In this document: positions 8,110 to 16,147 of the stretch, in pieces
Numbering within the stretch: the stretch's first letter is position 1
How the letters are laid out: every line of letters begins with the position of its first letter
The notes under the pieces: model-generated
Databases searched by the model: none
Told to the model about the DNA's origin: nothing
Seen by the model: the letters and a program-made list of their open reading frames with translations, nothing else
DNA from: Acidothermaceae bacterium
GTDB lineage: Bacteria > Actinomycetota > Actinomycetes > Acidothermales > Acidothermaceae
Length of the DNA: 24,000 nucleotides
NCBI GenBank assembly: GCA_050743645.1
Contig: JBOGEK010000082.1
Span: 1-24,000 of the forward strand
Direction: 5' to 3'
Translations under genes and position numbers: made by a program

Positions 8110-8580
8110 TCAGGAGACGCGGGCGGCCCACACCTTGCTCGTCCAGATGTGTTGCAGCGTGATCGTGGTGCCGCTGTGCCGCGCCACCCACCAGTTGCCG
8201 TTGCCGGCGTAAATGCCCACGTGGTCGATACCGGCGGGGTTTGCGCCGTCCATGTTCATGAAAACGAGGTCACCGGGACGCAGCGCAGCCACCGGAATGT
8301 GCTTGCTGCTGCGGTATTGCGCGGCAGCGTTGTGGGGCAGCGGCTTGCCGAGTTGGCGGTAGACGTAGGCCACCAGTCCCGAGCAGTCGAAGCCGCGAGG
8401 GCCGGCAGCGCCGTAGATGTAGGGCTTGCCGTGCTGGGCGGCGGCAATCGCGACCGCTTGCTGCCCGATGGTGAGCGGCGCGGCTTGTGCGGCGGGTGCC
8501 AACACGGCGATGCCTGCAGAAAGTCCGAGAGTGGCGGTACCAACGGCGATCAGAGTTTTTGCGCGTGACAACAGTGACAT
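8110..8580 (-). CDS. secreted NlpC/P60-family peptidoglycan endopeptidase
   Basis: Signal peptide ...LAPAAQA/AP. Catalytic motifs FDCSGLVAYVY (Cys), IDHVGIYAG (His) and ARHSG. SD GAGGA sits 6 nt upstream of ATG 8580. Preceded by a ydaO-class riboswitch. Confidence 0.92.
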   Translation of the reverse strand: MSLLSRAKTLIAVGTATLGLSAGIAVLAPAAQAAPLTIGQQAVAIAAAQHGKPYIYGAAGPRGFDCSGLVAYVYRQLGKPLPHNAAAQYRSSKHIPVAALRPGDLVFMNMDGANPAGIDHVGIYAGNGNWWVARHSGTTITLQHIWTSKVWAARVS

Positions 8581-8592
8581 GCGTCATCCTCA

Positions 8593-8761
8593 ACCGCCGA
8601 CGAGGTGAGCTGTCGGGTTCGGGCCTGATGCTGGCCCGGCCGCCCGGTTGTGACCGGAAGCGGCTTCACCCCAAGAGTCCTTCGTCGAAGGACCCAAAAT
8701 GTGGGTTCCCCGCTCCCGCCCCAACCTGTTGTGGCACTTGCCGGAGGGCGAGATTAGGCGT
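8593..8761 (-). promoter_or_regulatory. c-di-AMP riboswitch (ydaO/yuaA motif class, Rfam RF00379-like) controlling the NlpC/P60 gene
   Basis: Read on the - strand: ACGCCUAAUC ... GAGCGGGGAACCCA ... hairpin GUCCUU-CGACG-AAGGAC ... UUGGGGUGAAGCC ... hairpins CCGGU-CACA-ACCGG and GGGCC-AGCAUCA-GGCCC ... CCCGAACCCGACAGCUCACCUCGUCGGCG. These are the conserved blocks of the ydaO motif, in the right order, closed by a CGCC/GGCG P1. The 3' end is 1-3 nt from the SD. Boundaries are +/- ~5 nt. Confidence 0.88.
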
Positions 8762-8905
8762 TCCGGCAAGCCGCCCCACCCGGTCAGGTGAGGACTCCCT
8801 CACAACTTCGGGGCGTTCGCGCGGTGACCCAAGGGCTTGCGGCTCGAACCACCCGAGAGGGCCATCCTTGTTCGCCGCCGCACCCTCCCGACGGGCCATG
8901 CGCCG

Positions 8906-8939
8906 CTGACGGAGGACCGCTCTGCGAGCCGGCCGTCAG
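8906..8939 (-). terminator. GC-rich stem-loop overlapping the stop codon of the GGDEF-EAL gene (possible U-tract-less terminator or attenuator)
   Basis: Outer arms CTGACGG (8906-8912) / CCGTCAG (8933-8939). Inner arms CCGCTC (8917-8922) / GAG(C)CGG (8926-8932) with a 3-nt loop. No U tract follows on the - strand, so function is uncertain. Confidence 0.3.
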
Positions 8940-11341
8940 GCTTGGACGGCGACGTCAGGCGCCGCGGCCGTGCGCTCTCGGGCGCCTTCGGCCCTGCCAC
9001 CGACGTCCCCAATGAAATCGCGCGCCGCCAGCACCGGCAATGGCCGCGAGATCAAGTAGCCCTGCGCGCTCTGGCAATGCAGTTGCGTGAGAACATCGCG
9101 CTGCACGCTGCTCTCGACACCTTCAGCGACAGTTGCCATGTCGAGATCGCGCGCGAGGCGCAGGATCATCTGGACGAACGCTGCCCCTTCGGTACCCGGT
9201 TCGGCGAGCGGGTCGACGAATGACTTGTCGATTTTCAGGACGTCGACGGGGAATTCATGGAGATACCCGAGTGAGGAGTAACCCGTTCCGAAGTCGTCGA
9301 TGGCGATCCTGATTCCCAAGTTTCTCAAGGCCGCCAGCGTTTGCGCCGTTCGACCACGATCGACCATCAAAGCGCTCTCGGTGATTTCCAGAACCAGTCG
9401 GCGCGGGTCGAACCCGCTGACGGCGAGTACCTCTTTGACATCCGAAATCAGCGAATGGCTGTCGAGTTGGCGCGCTGAAAGGTTCACCGAGAGCGTCAGG
9501 GCGGTACCGTAGATCGTCGGCCAGGCGGTCGCCTCACTGCAGGCGGCTTCGAGCACCCAACGGCCGAGTTGCACGATGAATCCGGTGTCTTCAGCGAGTG
9601 GGATGAAACGGTACGGGCCGATGTGGCCCAACGTCGGATGTTGCCAGCGCACCAGCGCTTCGAAGCCTTCGAGGTCGCCATCGGCGAGCGAGATCTGTGG
9701 CTGGTACTCGAGAAAGAACTCGCCGCGTTCGATCGCGCCATGAAAAGCGTTTGTGATGGCGACGCGGTCTTCGAGTCGCGAACGCATCCGCGGCTCGAAG
9801 ATCGAGAAGCGGTCTTTGCCCGAAGCTTTTGCTTCGTACATTGCGGTATCGGCTTCGCTCAGCAACTGTTCGGCGCCGACCGCCTCGTCGCTGAATGCCA
9901 CGCCGACGCTCACCGACAGGTTGATCTGCCGGTCGCCGATCGTGATCGGTTCGCGAAGGACGTCGACAATGCGCGCGGCCAATGCGACCGCCACGTCGGC
10001 GCTGTCGACGTTGTCAAGCAGGACAGCGAATTCGTCACCGCCGAGCCGAGCTACGGTGTCGCCGCGACGCACGATCGTCTGCAACCGGTGCGCGGCCGAC
10101 ACCAGCACGTCGTCACCGGTCTGGTGGCCGAGGCTGTCGTTGATCGCCTTGAAACCGTCGAGATCGCAGAAGAACACGCCGATCGTCGTACCGAGTCTTG
10201 AGGTCGATGCGAGCGCATGCTCCACACGGTCATAAAGCAGCGCACGGTTAGGCAGGCCGGTGAGATTGTCGTGAAAGGCCTGATGTCGTAGCTCGTCTTC
10301 GAGCGATCGTTGGGCGTCGAGCGCGAGCTGCAACGATTCGCCACGCTGGGCCAGCAGATCCGCCTGATCGCGAGCGCGCCCATAGAGCCAGGTGAAACGC
10401 AACACCACCAGCGAGAACAGCACAATCGAGGTGCTTGCGAGAACAGGCACATCGGTGCCGAAGTCGAAGATCGCGCCCAACAAGAGGATCGCGGGCGACA
10501 CAAACCCGGCCACTGCTACGAGAGGCACCCAACGCCGTACCGGCTGCCGGTTACCGCTGATGCGCGCGAGCGGATCCGCCATTGTCGGATGGAGGGCGGC
10601 AACCGCTATCAATACGTAGTTGACGAGGAAGCCTGCGTCGACTGGGTTTCCGGCCTCGTAGGTTCCCTTCAACTCCAGTACGTCGTAGACGAAGTCGGCG
10701 ATCAGCATCGCAACGATGGCCAGAATTACGATCTTGTCGGCACTTCGACGGGCGAGCCCCGACAGTAAGGCGCCCGCGACGATCAGCAGAACGCCGAGGT
10801 CCATGATCGGGTACGCCATCGTGACGAGCTTGCCGAACAGGCTGATCGTGTTGTCGTGAGCGTACGAGCTCATCAACGATTGCCACGACAGGGCGAGCGC
10901 GCCGACACAGACGATCGCAGCGTCGGCCCAAATCTCGCGCGAGTGTCGGCTGAACTTCGCGCGGCCAATCCGAAACACGCCGGCGAACAGGAACGGATAG
11001 CCAAGTAAGTAGAGCGCGTCGGCGACCGACGGTACCGGCACGTCCGAATGCCACACCAGGTCGTAGCAGTCGAAGATCCCGTCGCCCAGTACAAAGCAGG
11101 CATTGGCGGCGCCGAGCAGATACCACCCGGCACGCGATCCCGGTCGGTGCAGCCGGACGCCGAAGCACACGCCGACGGTCGACCCGACGCCGATCGCGCT
11201 GTACATGTAGTCCTTGGCGGCGATGCTGGGCAGCGTGAAATAGACGCCTACCGCAACCAAGCCGACCGCCAGTGCGATCTTCCAGAGACCGCGCTTCACC
11301 GGGGCTGCCTGCAGTTCGCCGGCTGCGGTCCGGGCAAGCAA
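8936..11341 (-). CDS. membrane-bound bifunctional-type c-di-GMP protein: ~10-TM N-terminal domain + GGDEF + EAL
   Basis: GGDEF domain: FHDNLTGLPNR, FCDLDGFKAINDSLGH, RRGD-x5-GGDEF (intact I-site and A-site). EAL domain: EALVRW, SVNLS, EITES, DDFGTGYSS, KIDKSF, AEGVES, QGYL, all intact. About ten hydrophobic segments in the first ~320 aa. The start is uncertain: TTG 11341 is the longest, and GTG 11299 gives MKRGLWKIAL... Confidence 0.9.
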   Translation of the reverse strand: MLARTAAGELQAAPVKRGLWKIALAVGLVAVGVYFTLPSIAAKDYMYSAIGVGSTVGVCFGVRLHRPGSRAGWYLLGAANACFVLGDGIFDCYDLVWHSDVPVPSVADALYLLGYPFLFAGVFRIGRAKFSRHSREIWADAAIVCVGALALSWQSLMSSYAHDNTISLFGKLVTMAYPIMDLGVLLIVAGALLSGLARRSADKIVILAIVAMLIADFVYDVLELKGTYEAGNPVDAGFLVNYVLIAVAALHPTMADPLARISGNRQPVRRWVPLVAVAGFVSPAILLLGAIFDFGTDVPVLASTSIVLFSLVVLRFTWLYGRARDQADLLAQRGESLQLALDAQRSLEDELRHQAFHDNLTGLPNRALLYDRVEHALASTSRLGTTIGVFFCDLDGFKAINDSLGHQTGDDVLVSAAHRLQTIVRRGDTVARLGGDEFAVLLDNVDSADVAVALAARIVDVLREPITIGDRQINLSVSVGVAFSDEAVGAEQLLSEADTAMYEAKASGKDRFSIFEPRMRSRLEDRVAITNAFHGAIERGEFFLEYQPQISLADGDLEGFEALVRWQHPTLGHIGPYRFIPLAEDTGFIVQLGRWVLEAACSEATAWPTIYGTALTLSVNLSARQLDSHSLISDVKEVLAVSGFDPRRLVLEITESALMVDRGRTAQTLAALRNLGIRIAIDDFGTGYSSLGYLHEFPVDVLKIDKSFVDPLAEPGTEGAAFVQMILRLARDLDMATVAEGVESSVQRDVLTQLHCQSAQGYLISRPLPVLAARDFIGDVGGRAEGARERTAAAPDVAVQA

Positions 11342-11514
11342 GCGACGCCGGGCCGACGACGCGGCGCGGCGAAGTTCGTCGTGGACGTAGCCATGTCGAC
11401 CCTGTCGGCAGTTGGACGCCGGAATCGAGCGATTCGAGAGGCCGTTTGCGCTTTACTCGGCTACGGATGCTGCGCCGGATGATCGATTCTCTACGGCGCT
11501 GCACGACCGGTTCG

Positions 11515-12291
11515 TTATGCGTCGCGAAGCCGCAGCACCGATCCGCCGAGGATAAGAGACCCTGCGGCCCATAGCGCGACTACGCCGAGGCCGGCCCACG
11601 GGCCGATCACCGGGTCGTCGAGATGGATTGTCGACTGCACGACTAGGCCGGCGTTCATCGGTGCGATCTGCTCGAGGTGGCGCTGCCAGTGCTGGTTGCT
11701 GACGGCGGCGATGAGGATTGGAAATACGAACAGCAGTCCAAGCGCCAATCCGATGCCGACTGCGGAATCCCTGACGGCAGCAGTAAGTCCGAGACTGAGC
11801 AGCGAGACCAACGCTAGGTACAGCACCGATCCCAATGCAGCGCGCGCAGTTGCGGCGTCCGACAAGGACAGCGAAGAGTAACCGTTGTGCGCGTTGAAGC
11901 CCCTGCCCGGCAGCATGAATCGGGCGACCAGCAACGAACCGCCGATGCCGACCACGCCGACGACCAGCGACGATGCCGCGACGAGCATGCCCTTCGCGGC
12001 GAGCACTTGGCTACGCCGCGGCATCGCGGCGAACGTGGTGCGGATCATTCCGGTGTTGTACTCGCTGCCGATCACCGTCACCGCAAGAATCGCGACGATC
12101 ACCTGGCCGAGATAAACACCGATGAGGCTGGTTTTCACGGCGTCCTGGTTGCAGCCCGCTGCAGCGCAGCGCGCTCCAGCGTCAGCGGCGGCACCAAGGC
12201 CGACCGTGACGGCAACGGCGGCAATCAGCAGCCAGCTAAAACCGGGCGCGGTGCGCAGCTTGGTCCACTCGGCGCGCAGGGTGTCGCTCAT
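11515..12291 (-). CDS. ABC-2 family transporter permease
   Basis: N-terminal LRAEWTKLRT motif, shared with the neighbouring permease, followed by six hydrophobic segments. ATG 12291 overlaps the upstream stop (ATGA). Confidence 0.85.
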   Translation of the reverse strand: MSDTLRAEWTKLRTAPGFSWLLIAAVAVTVGLGAAADAGARCAAAGCNQDAVKTSLIGVYLGQVIVAILAVTVIGSEYNTGMIRTTFAAMPRRSQVLAAKGMLVAASSLVVGVVGIGGSLLVARFMLPGRGFNAHNGYSSLSLSDAATARAALGSVLYLALVSLLSLGLTAAVRDSAVGIGLALGLLFVFPILIAAVSNQHWQRHLEQIAPMNAGLVVQSTIHLDDPVIGPWAGLGVVALWAAGSLILGGSVLRLRDA

Positions 12292-13877
12292 GCATCTCGC
12301 TTACGCAACAGGAAAATCGCGAGGCCGAGTGCGAGTGCTGTCCAACCCAACAGGACACCGAATCCCTCCCACGGCGACAGCGGGAAATAGCCGGCCGACG
12401 CTATGTATACGCCGTCGACCTGCGGATAGCGGTGCAGGGTTTGCTGCACGGCGAACCCCGCAGCAGGCGTCAGACGCAACAGCCACTGCAGTGCCCCGAC
12501 CGACGACACCGCGAGAATGTAAGGCAGGACGACGAGGACGATCACCGTCGCGACCGCCGTCGCGCTGCGCCGCAGAATTGTGCCTACGGCCAGCGCGAAA
12601 ACCGAGGTGACGGCAAGCAAGGCGGCGGTGCCAACGATCACTCGTATTTCGGTCTGTGAGCTGGCCGGCAGGATGTACGTGCCATTGTTTCGTCGCTGCC
12701 CGTCGACGAACCACATCGTGAATGCCGACGCTGCGAGACCGAAAACAAATACGACGCTGCCGAGCACAATCGCCTTTGCGGCCAGCACGCGGCCGCGGCG
12801 CGGGCTCGCGACAAGGGTCGTGCGGATCAGGCCGCGACGGTATTCGGCGGTGACGAATAGCGCGCCGAGCACGACCATCGCCATCAGCCCGACGAAAGCG
12901 CCGACCAAGCTGCCGGCGATCGTATTGTTGTCGCCGCCGCTCGATGCCGCCGGTCCGATATCCCCCGAACCGGTGACCGTGAACGTGCGGTCCGACTGGG
13001 TGAACGGTGGCAGATTGCCAACGCCCTCATCGCCGATCTGGGTGCCCTGCCAACTACCGGGCGACTGCCGGCCCTGCACGCTGACATTGTCAAATGCCGC
13101 CGTCGCCTTGGAGGGGCCACCGCTGGTCGAGGTGCCGACGATTTCTTCGGTGGTCACATCGTAATCGGGGGATGTGACGAACAACCCGGCCTGAACGGAC
13201 GCGGGCATGCCGGTGAGCTTGGCCACGCCGACCGTGGTCCAGGTATTTCCGTCGGCAGACTCGTAGCCGGTCAAGGTGTCGCCGGCTCGAGTCAACCGAA
13301 GCCACTGCGGAGATGCCTTCGACACTGGGGTGGCGCTTCCAGCGACATCATGGGTGTAGTCGTATTGCATGCGCACGCCGTGCCGCGACGTAGCCATGAT
13401 CGCTGCGTAGGCAGAACCCTGAGTGGTATTCGCCTTCACGATCAGTCCGGCCTTGGCCCACGGCACGACCCCTGCCTGCCACGAAGCTGACGCGTCAGGG
13501 CCACCACCGCCGCTCGGCGACACCTGCTCGCTCAATGACGTGACTCGCACGGTGATGCTGCCGTCGCCGTCCAGCGTTTGATGCACGAAGTAGAAGTTGT
13601 CGGTGACCGGCTGACCGTCTGGTCCGACGAGCGGTGCCTGGCTGCCACATGCTTTGCCGTGTGCCGAGCCATTCGGCGTCAGACATTCGCGCTGGCTGCC
13701 CGCAGCAGACAGAAAGCCGATCCCGACGATCAAAAGTGCGCCGATCACCAGGGCGGCGATCCAGCCGCGAACCGTGCGCAATTTGGTGAACTCGGCCAGC
13801 AGCACGTGGCGAAAGCCGTCGCGCGCGGGAGGCAAAGTCGATCGATATGACTGCGTCTCGGCGAGGCCGGGGGTCAT
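12288..13877 (-). CDS. ABC-2 family transporter permease with a ~260-aa extracytoplasmic beta-sandwich (ConA-like/DUF1349-like) insert between TM1 and TM2
   Basis: LLAEFTKLRT + TM1 (aa 36-58). The C-terminal ~210 aa (TAEYRRGLIRTTL...) is a paralogue of the 258-aa permease (GSEYNTGMIRTTF...). Insert aa ~61-318 carries WAKAGLIVKAN, WLRLTRAGDTLTGYESADGNTWTTVG, VQAGLFVTSP and AAFDNVSV. ATG 13877 overlaps the ATPase stop (ATGA). Confidence 0.85.
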   Translation of the reverse strand: MTPGLAETQSYRSTLPPARDGFRHVLLAEFTKLRTVRGWIAALVIGALLIVGIGFLSAAGSQRECLTPNGSAHGKACGSQAPLVGPDGQPVTDNFYFVHQTLDGDGSITVRVTSLSEQVSPSGGGGPDASASWQAGVVPWAKAGLIVKANTTQGSAYAAIMATSRHGVRMQYDYTHDVAGSATPVSKASPQWLRLTRAGDTLTGYESADGNTWTTVGVAKLTGMPASVQAGLFVTSPDYDVTTEEIVGTSTSGGPSKATAAFDNVSVQGRQSPGSWQGTQIGDEGVGNLPPFTQSDRTFTVTGSGDIGPAASSGGDNNTIAGSLVGAFVGLMAMVVLGALFVTAEYRRGLIRTTLVASPRRGRVLAAKAIVLGSVVFVFGLAASAFTMWFVDGQRRNNGTYILPASSQTEIRVIVGTAALLAVTSVFALAVGTILRRSATAVATVIVLVVLPYILAVSSVGALQWLLRLTPAAGFAVQQTLHRYPQVDGVYIASAGYFPLSPWEGFGVLLGWTALALGLAIFLLRKRDA

Positions 13878-14806
13878 CGGGGGTCCCCCGACGGATTCGC
13901 CGCTCGGTATTCGACAGCGTCACGGGTGAGTTCCATGTAGGCCTCTTCGAGCGTGGCGCGATGCGCCGAGATTTCCGAGAACGGCAACTGATGGTCGCTG
14001 AGAAGCGCAATGATTTGGTCGGTCGACAGACCCGAAATGGTGAGAGTGTCGGTGCCGGTCGTGGTAACGGTGGCGCCAGCATTCGCCAATACTGTGGTGA
14101 CCTCGAGCCGCGCGAGGGTGCGCACGGCGACGCGCCCTCCCGATGCTTTCGCGATCAGCTCGGCAACGCTGGTGTCGGCGACGACACGACCGCGGCCGAT
14201 CACAACGAGGTGGGTGGCCGCGCCTTCCAACTCGCTCATCAAGTGGCTCGACACGAGCACGGCGCGACCTTGCGCTGCAAGCGATCGTAAGAAGCCGCGA
14301 ATCCAGACGATACCTTCGGGGTCGAGACCGTTGAAAGGCTCGTCGAGCATCAGCGCCGAAGGATCGCCGAGCATCGCCGCTGCGATGCCGAGCCGTTGCC
14401 GCATGCCGAGCGAATAGCCGCCGGCCTTGCGCTGGGCCGCATTCGCCATACCGACCTGCTCGATCACCTCGTCGACCCGCCGACCGGAAAGGCCCTGCGA
14501 ATGTGCCAACCACAACAGGTGGTTTCTTCCGGTGCGGCTCGGCTGCAGCGCTCCGGCGTCCAATAAGGAACCGACATGACTGAGCGGACGACGCAAGCTC
14601 CGGTACGGCTGCCCGGCGATCGTGGTGGTGCCTTCGTCGACCGCGTCGAGGCCGAGGATCGCTCGCATCGTGGTGCTTTTTCCGGCGCCATTCGGGCCGA
14701 CGAAACCTGTGACGTAACCGGGGTTGACCGTGAACGACAGGCCGTCGAGGGCGACCACAGGACCGAATCGCTTGCGCAGGCCGGTGACCGCGATAGTTGC
14801 TTCCAT
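13874..14806 (-). CDS. ABC transporter ATP-binding protein (ABC-2/DrrA-like, with C-terminal extension)
   Basis: Walker A GPNGAGKST, Q-loop, signature GYSLGMRQRL, Walker B LMLDEPFNGLD, H-loop SSHLM. ATG 14806 gives MEATIAVTGLRKRFG. GTG 14818 and TTG 14815 are possible alternative starts. Confidence 0.9.
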   Translation of the reverse strand: MEATIAVTGLRKRFGPVVALDGLSFTVNPGYVTGFVGPNGAGKSTTMRAILGLDAVDEGTTTIAGQPYRSLRRPLSHVGSLLDAGALQPSRTGRNHLLWLAHSQGLSGRRVDEVIEQVGMANAAQRKAGGYSLGMRQRLGIAAAMLGDPSALMLDEPFNGLDPEGIVWIRGFLRSLAAQGRAVLVSSHLMSELEGAATHLVVIGRGRVVADTSVAELIAKASGGRVAVRTLARLEVTTVLANAGATVTTTGTDTLTISGLSTDQIIALLSDHQLPFSEISAHRATLEEAYMELTRDAVEYRAANPSGDPR

Positions 14807-14905
14807 GGTCGGCAACACTAGGAATCGTGCCGCGCGGCGTCGTCACGCAGGCGAGCCATCTTTGCGGTCGCGGCGTCACTCGCGAGGGGGACGTCGCCGT
14901 CCCTG

Positions 14906-16147
14906 GTGCTGGGGACGCGTTCGCGCCTCGGAGGGACGACAATCGACATCGTGAGGCCGATCCGTCAGGTGCTACCGGCCGTCGTGCCCGCAACGCTGCT
15001 CGGGGTGGCTGCGCTGACCGAGTCGGCGGCGCACGCCGCTGCCGACAACGTGAGCGCGCAGGCCGGCCTCGTACTATGCCTGCTGGCGCTCGCCACCACG
15101 TTGCCGCTGCTGGCGAAGTCGACGGGTGGTGCAGCTGTTGCCATCACGGTCGCCAGCATGCTGTCGCTCGTGCCATTTCACCGACTCACGATCGCGGGGG
15201 CGTGCGCGCAGTTGCTCGTCTCGTATCGGGTCGGACGACGTGACGTACAGCCGGTCGCTGGCCTGCTCTTCGTGCCCTTTCTGGTGCTCGCGTTCGCCGC
15301 TGTCGGCGATGGCGAGACCTGGGTGCTTGCGGTATTGCTGGCCTCGCTGACTCCTGCTGCGGCCTGGGCGGGTGCGGCGGCGAGGTCGCGTCGCGAGGCG
15401 TTTGCGCACACGGTCGCGCGAGAAGCAATCGTCGGTAGTTCGTTCGAACACGCAGCGCGTGGTGAGCGCGCCAGGATCGCCCGCGAATTGCACGACGTCG
15501 TGGCCCACCACATCTCGATGGTCGCCGTGCAAGCGGAAACGGCTCGTCTTGCGACTCCTGGCATGCCGGCGGCCGGCGCGCAGCGGCTGTCGGCGATCGG
15601 CGACACCGCGCGTGCGGCACTGACCGAGATGCGGCGGTTACTTGGTGTGCTTCGTGAAGACGTCGGCAACGACGAGACCGTAGTTTTGCAACCACAGCCG
15701 GGAATTGCCCAGCTCAACGAGCTGCTCGACGAAGCCCGTGAGGCCTCAGGTGCGGGTACGCGGCTCATCGTTCGTGGCTCGCCGGTCGTGCTTGATCCCG
15801 GCGTAGAACTTGCGGTTTACCGCATCGCACAGGAGGCGCTGACGAATGCCCGAAGGCACGCGCCCGGTGCGGCCGTCGACGTCGAATTGCACTACGACGA
15901 CGGCGCTTTGCGGCTGCGTGTTCGAGACAACGGGCCGGGACCGTCGTCGTCCGCGGCGAACTCGGCGAACGACGGTGCGATGGCCGAAGGTGATGAGTTG
16001 ATTGCCGGCCACGGGCTGACCGGCATGGGTGAACGGGCGGCGGCTGTCGGTGGTTCGCTGCGCACCGGTGCCGCGATCGGTGGCGGATTCCTCGTAGAGG
16101 CGGAGCTTCCCACGCACATCGAGGCAGACCTGGCCGTGCCGCGATGA
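14906..16147 (+). CDS. sensor histidine kinase, HisKA_3 (NarX/DesK/LiaS-like) family, membrane-embedded sensor without evident ectodomain
   Basis: H-box ERARIARELHDVVAHHISMV. HATPase motifs EALTNARRHA, VRDNGPG and GHGLTGMGERAAAVGG. About six hydrophobic segments with very short loops N-terminally. Start is ambiguous (GTG 14906, 14951 or 14969, all in frame). Confidence 0.88.
   Translation: MLGTRSRLGGTTIDIVRPIRQVLPAVVPATLLGVAALTESAAHAAADNVSAQAGLVLCLLALATTLPLLAKSTGGAAVAITVASMLSLVPFHRLTIAGACAQLLVSYRVGRRDVQPVAGLLFVPFLVLAFAAVGDGETWVLAVLLASLTPAAAWAGAAARSRREAFAHTVAREAIVGSSFEHAARGERARIARELHDVVAHHISMVAVQAETARLATPGMPAAGAQRLSAIGDTARAALTEMRRLLGVLREDVGNDETVVLQPQPGIAQLNELLDEAREASGAGTRLIVRGSPVVLDPGVELAVYRIAQEALTNARRHAPGAAVDVELHYDDGALRLRVRDNGPGPSSSAANSANDGAMAEGDELIAGHGLTGMGERAAAVGGSLRTGAAIGGGFLVEAELPTHIEADLAVPR

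Noticed and set aside
8788-8803. Hairpin GTGAGG-actc-CCTCAC ~27 nt upstream of the riboswitch 5' end
   Set aside because: Only a 6-bp stem with no U tract. It could be part of the leader or a processing site, but there is no independent support. It is mentioned only as context in the read-through finding.
8836-8860. GGTTCGAGCC on the - strand, resembling a tRNA T-loop
   Set aside because: The flanking bases cannot form a T-stem, and no acceptor or anticodon arms can be drawn. It is not a tRNA.
8666-8899. 77-aa - strand ORF (and the 8487..8909 / 8788..9015 + ORFs) in the gap upstream of the NlpC/P60 gene
   Set aside because: The region is better explained by the ydaO-class riboswitch and its leader. 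The ORFs have no SD, no motifs, and cut across conserved RNA helices.
11422-11435. Palindrome GAATCG-AG-CGATTC in the 173-nt region upstream of the GGDEF-EAL gene
   Set aside because: It is short, has no second copy or adjacent promoter elements that I could recognise, and cannot be distinguished from chance.
13920-14993. 357-aa - strand ORF, and the other long alternative-frame ORFs (10551..11504 -, 15765..16601 -, 15892..16923 -, 17995..19062 +, 2228..3076 -, 877..1785 -)
   Set aside because: All overlap motif-rich genes in another frame or strand and encode Arg/Pro-rich sequences with no recognisable domains. They are GC-driven open frames.
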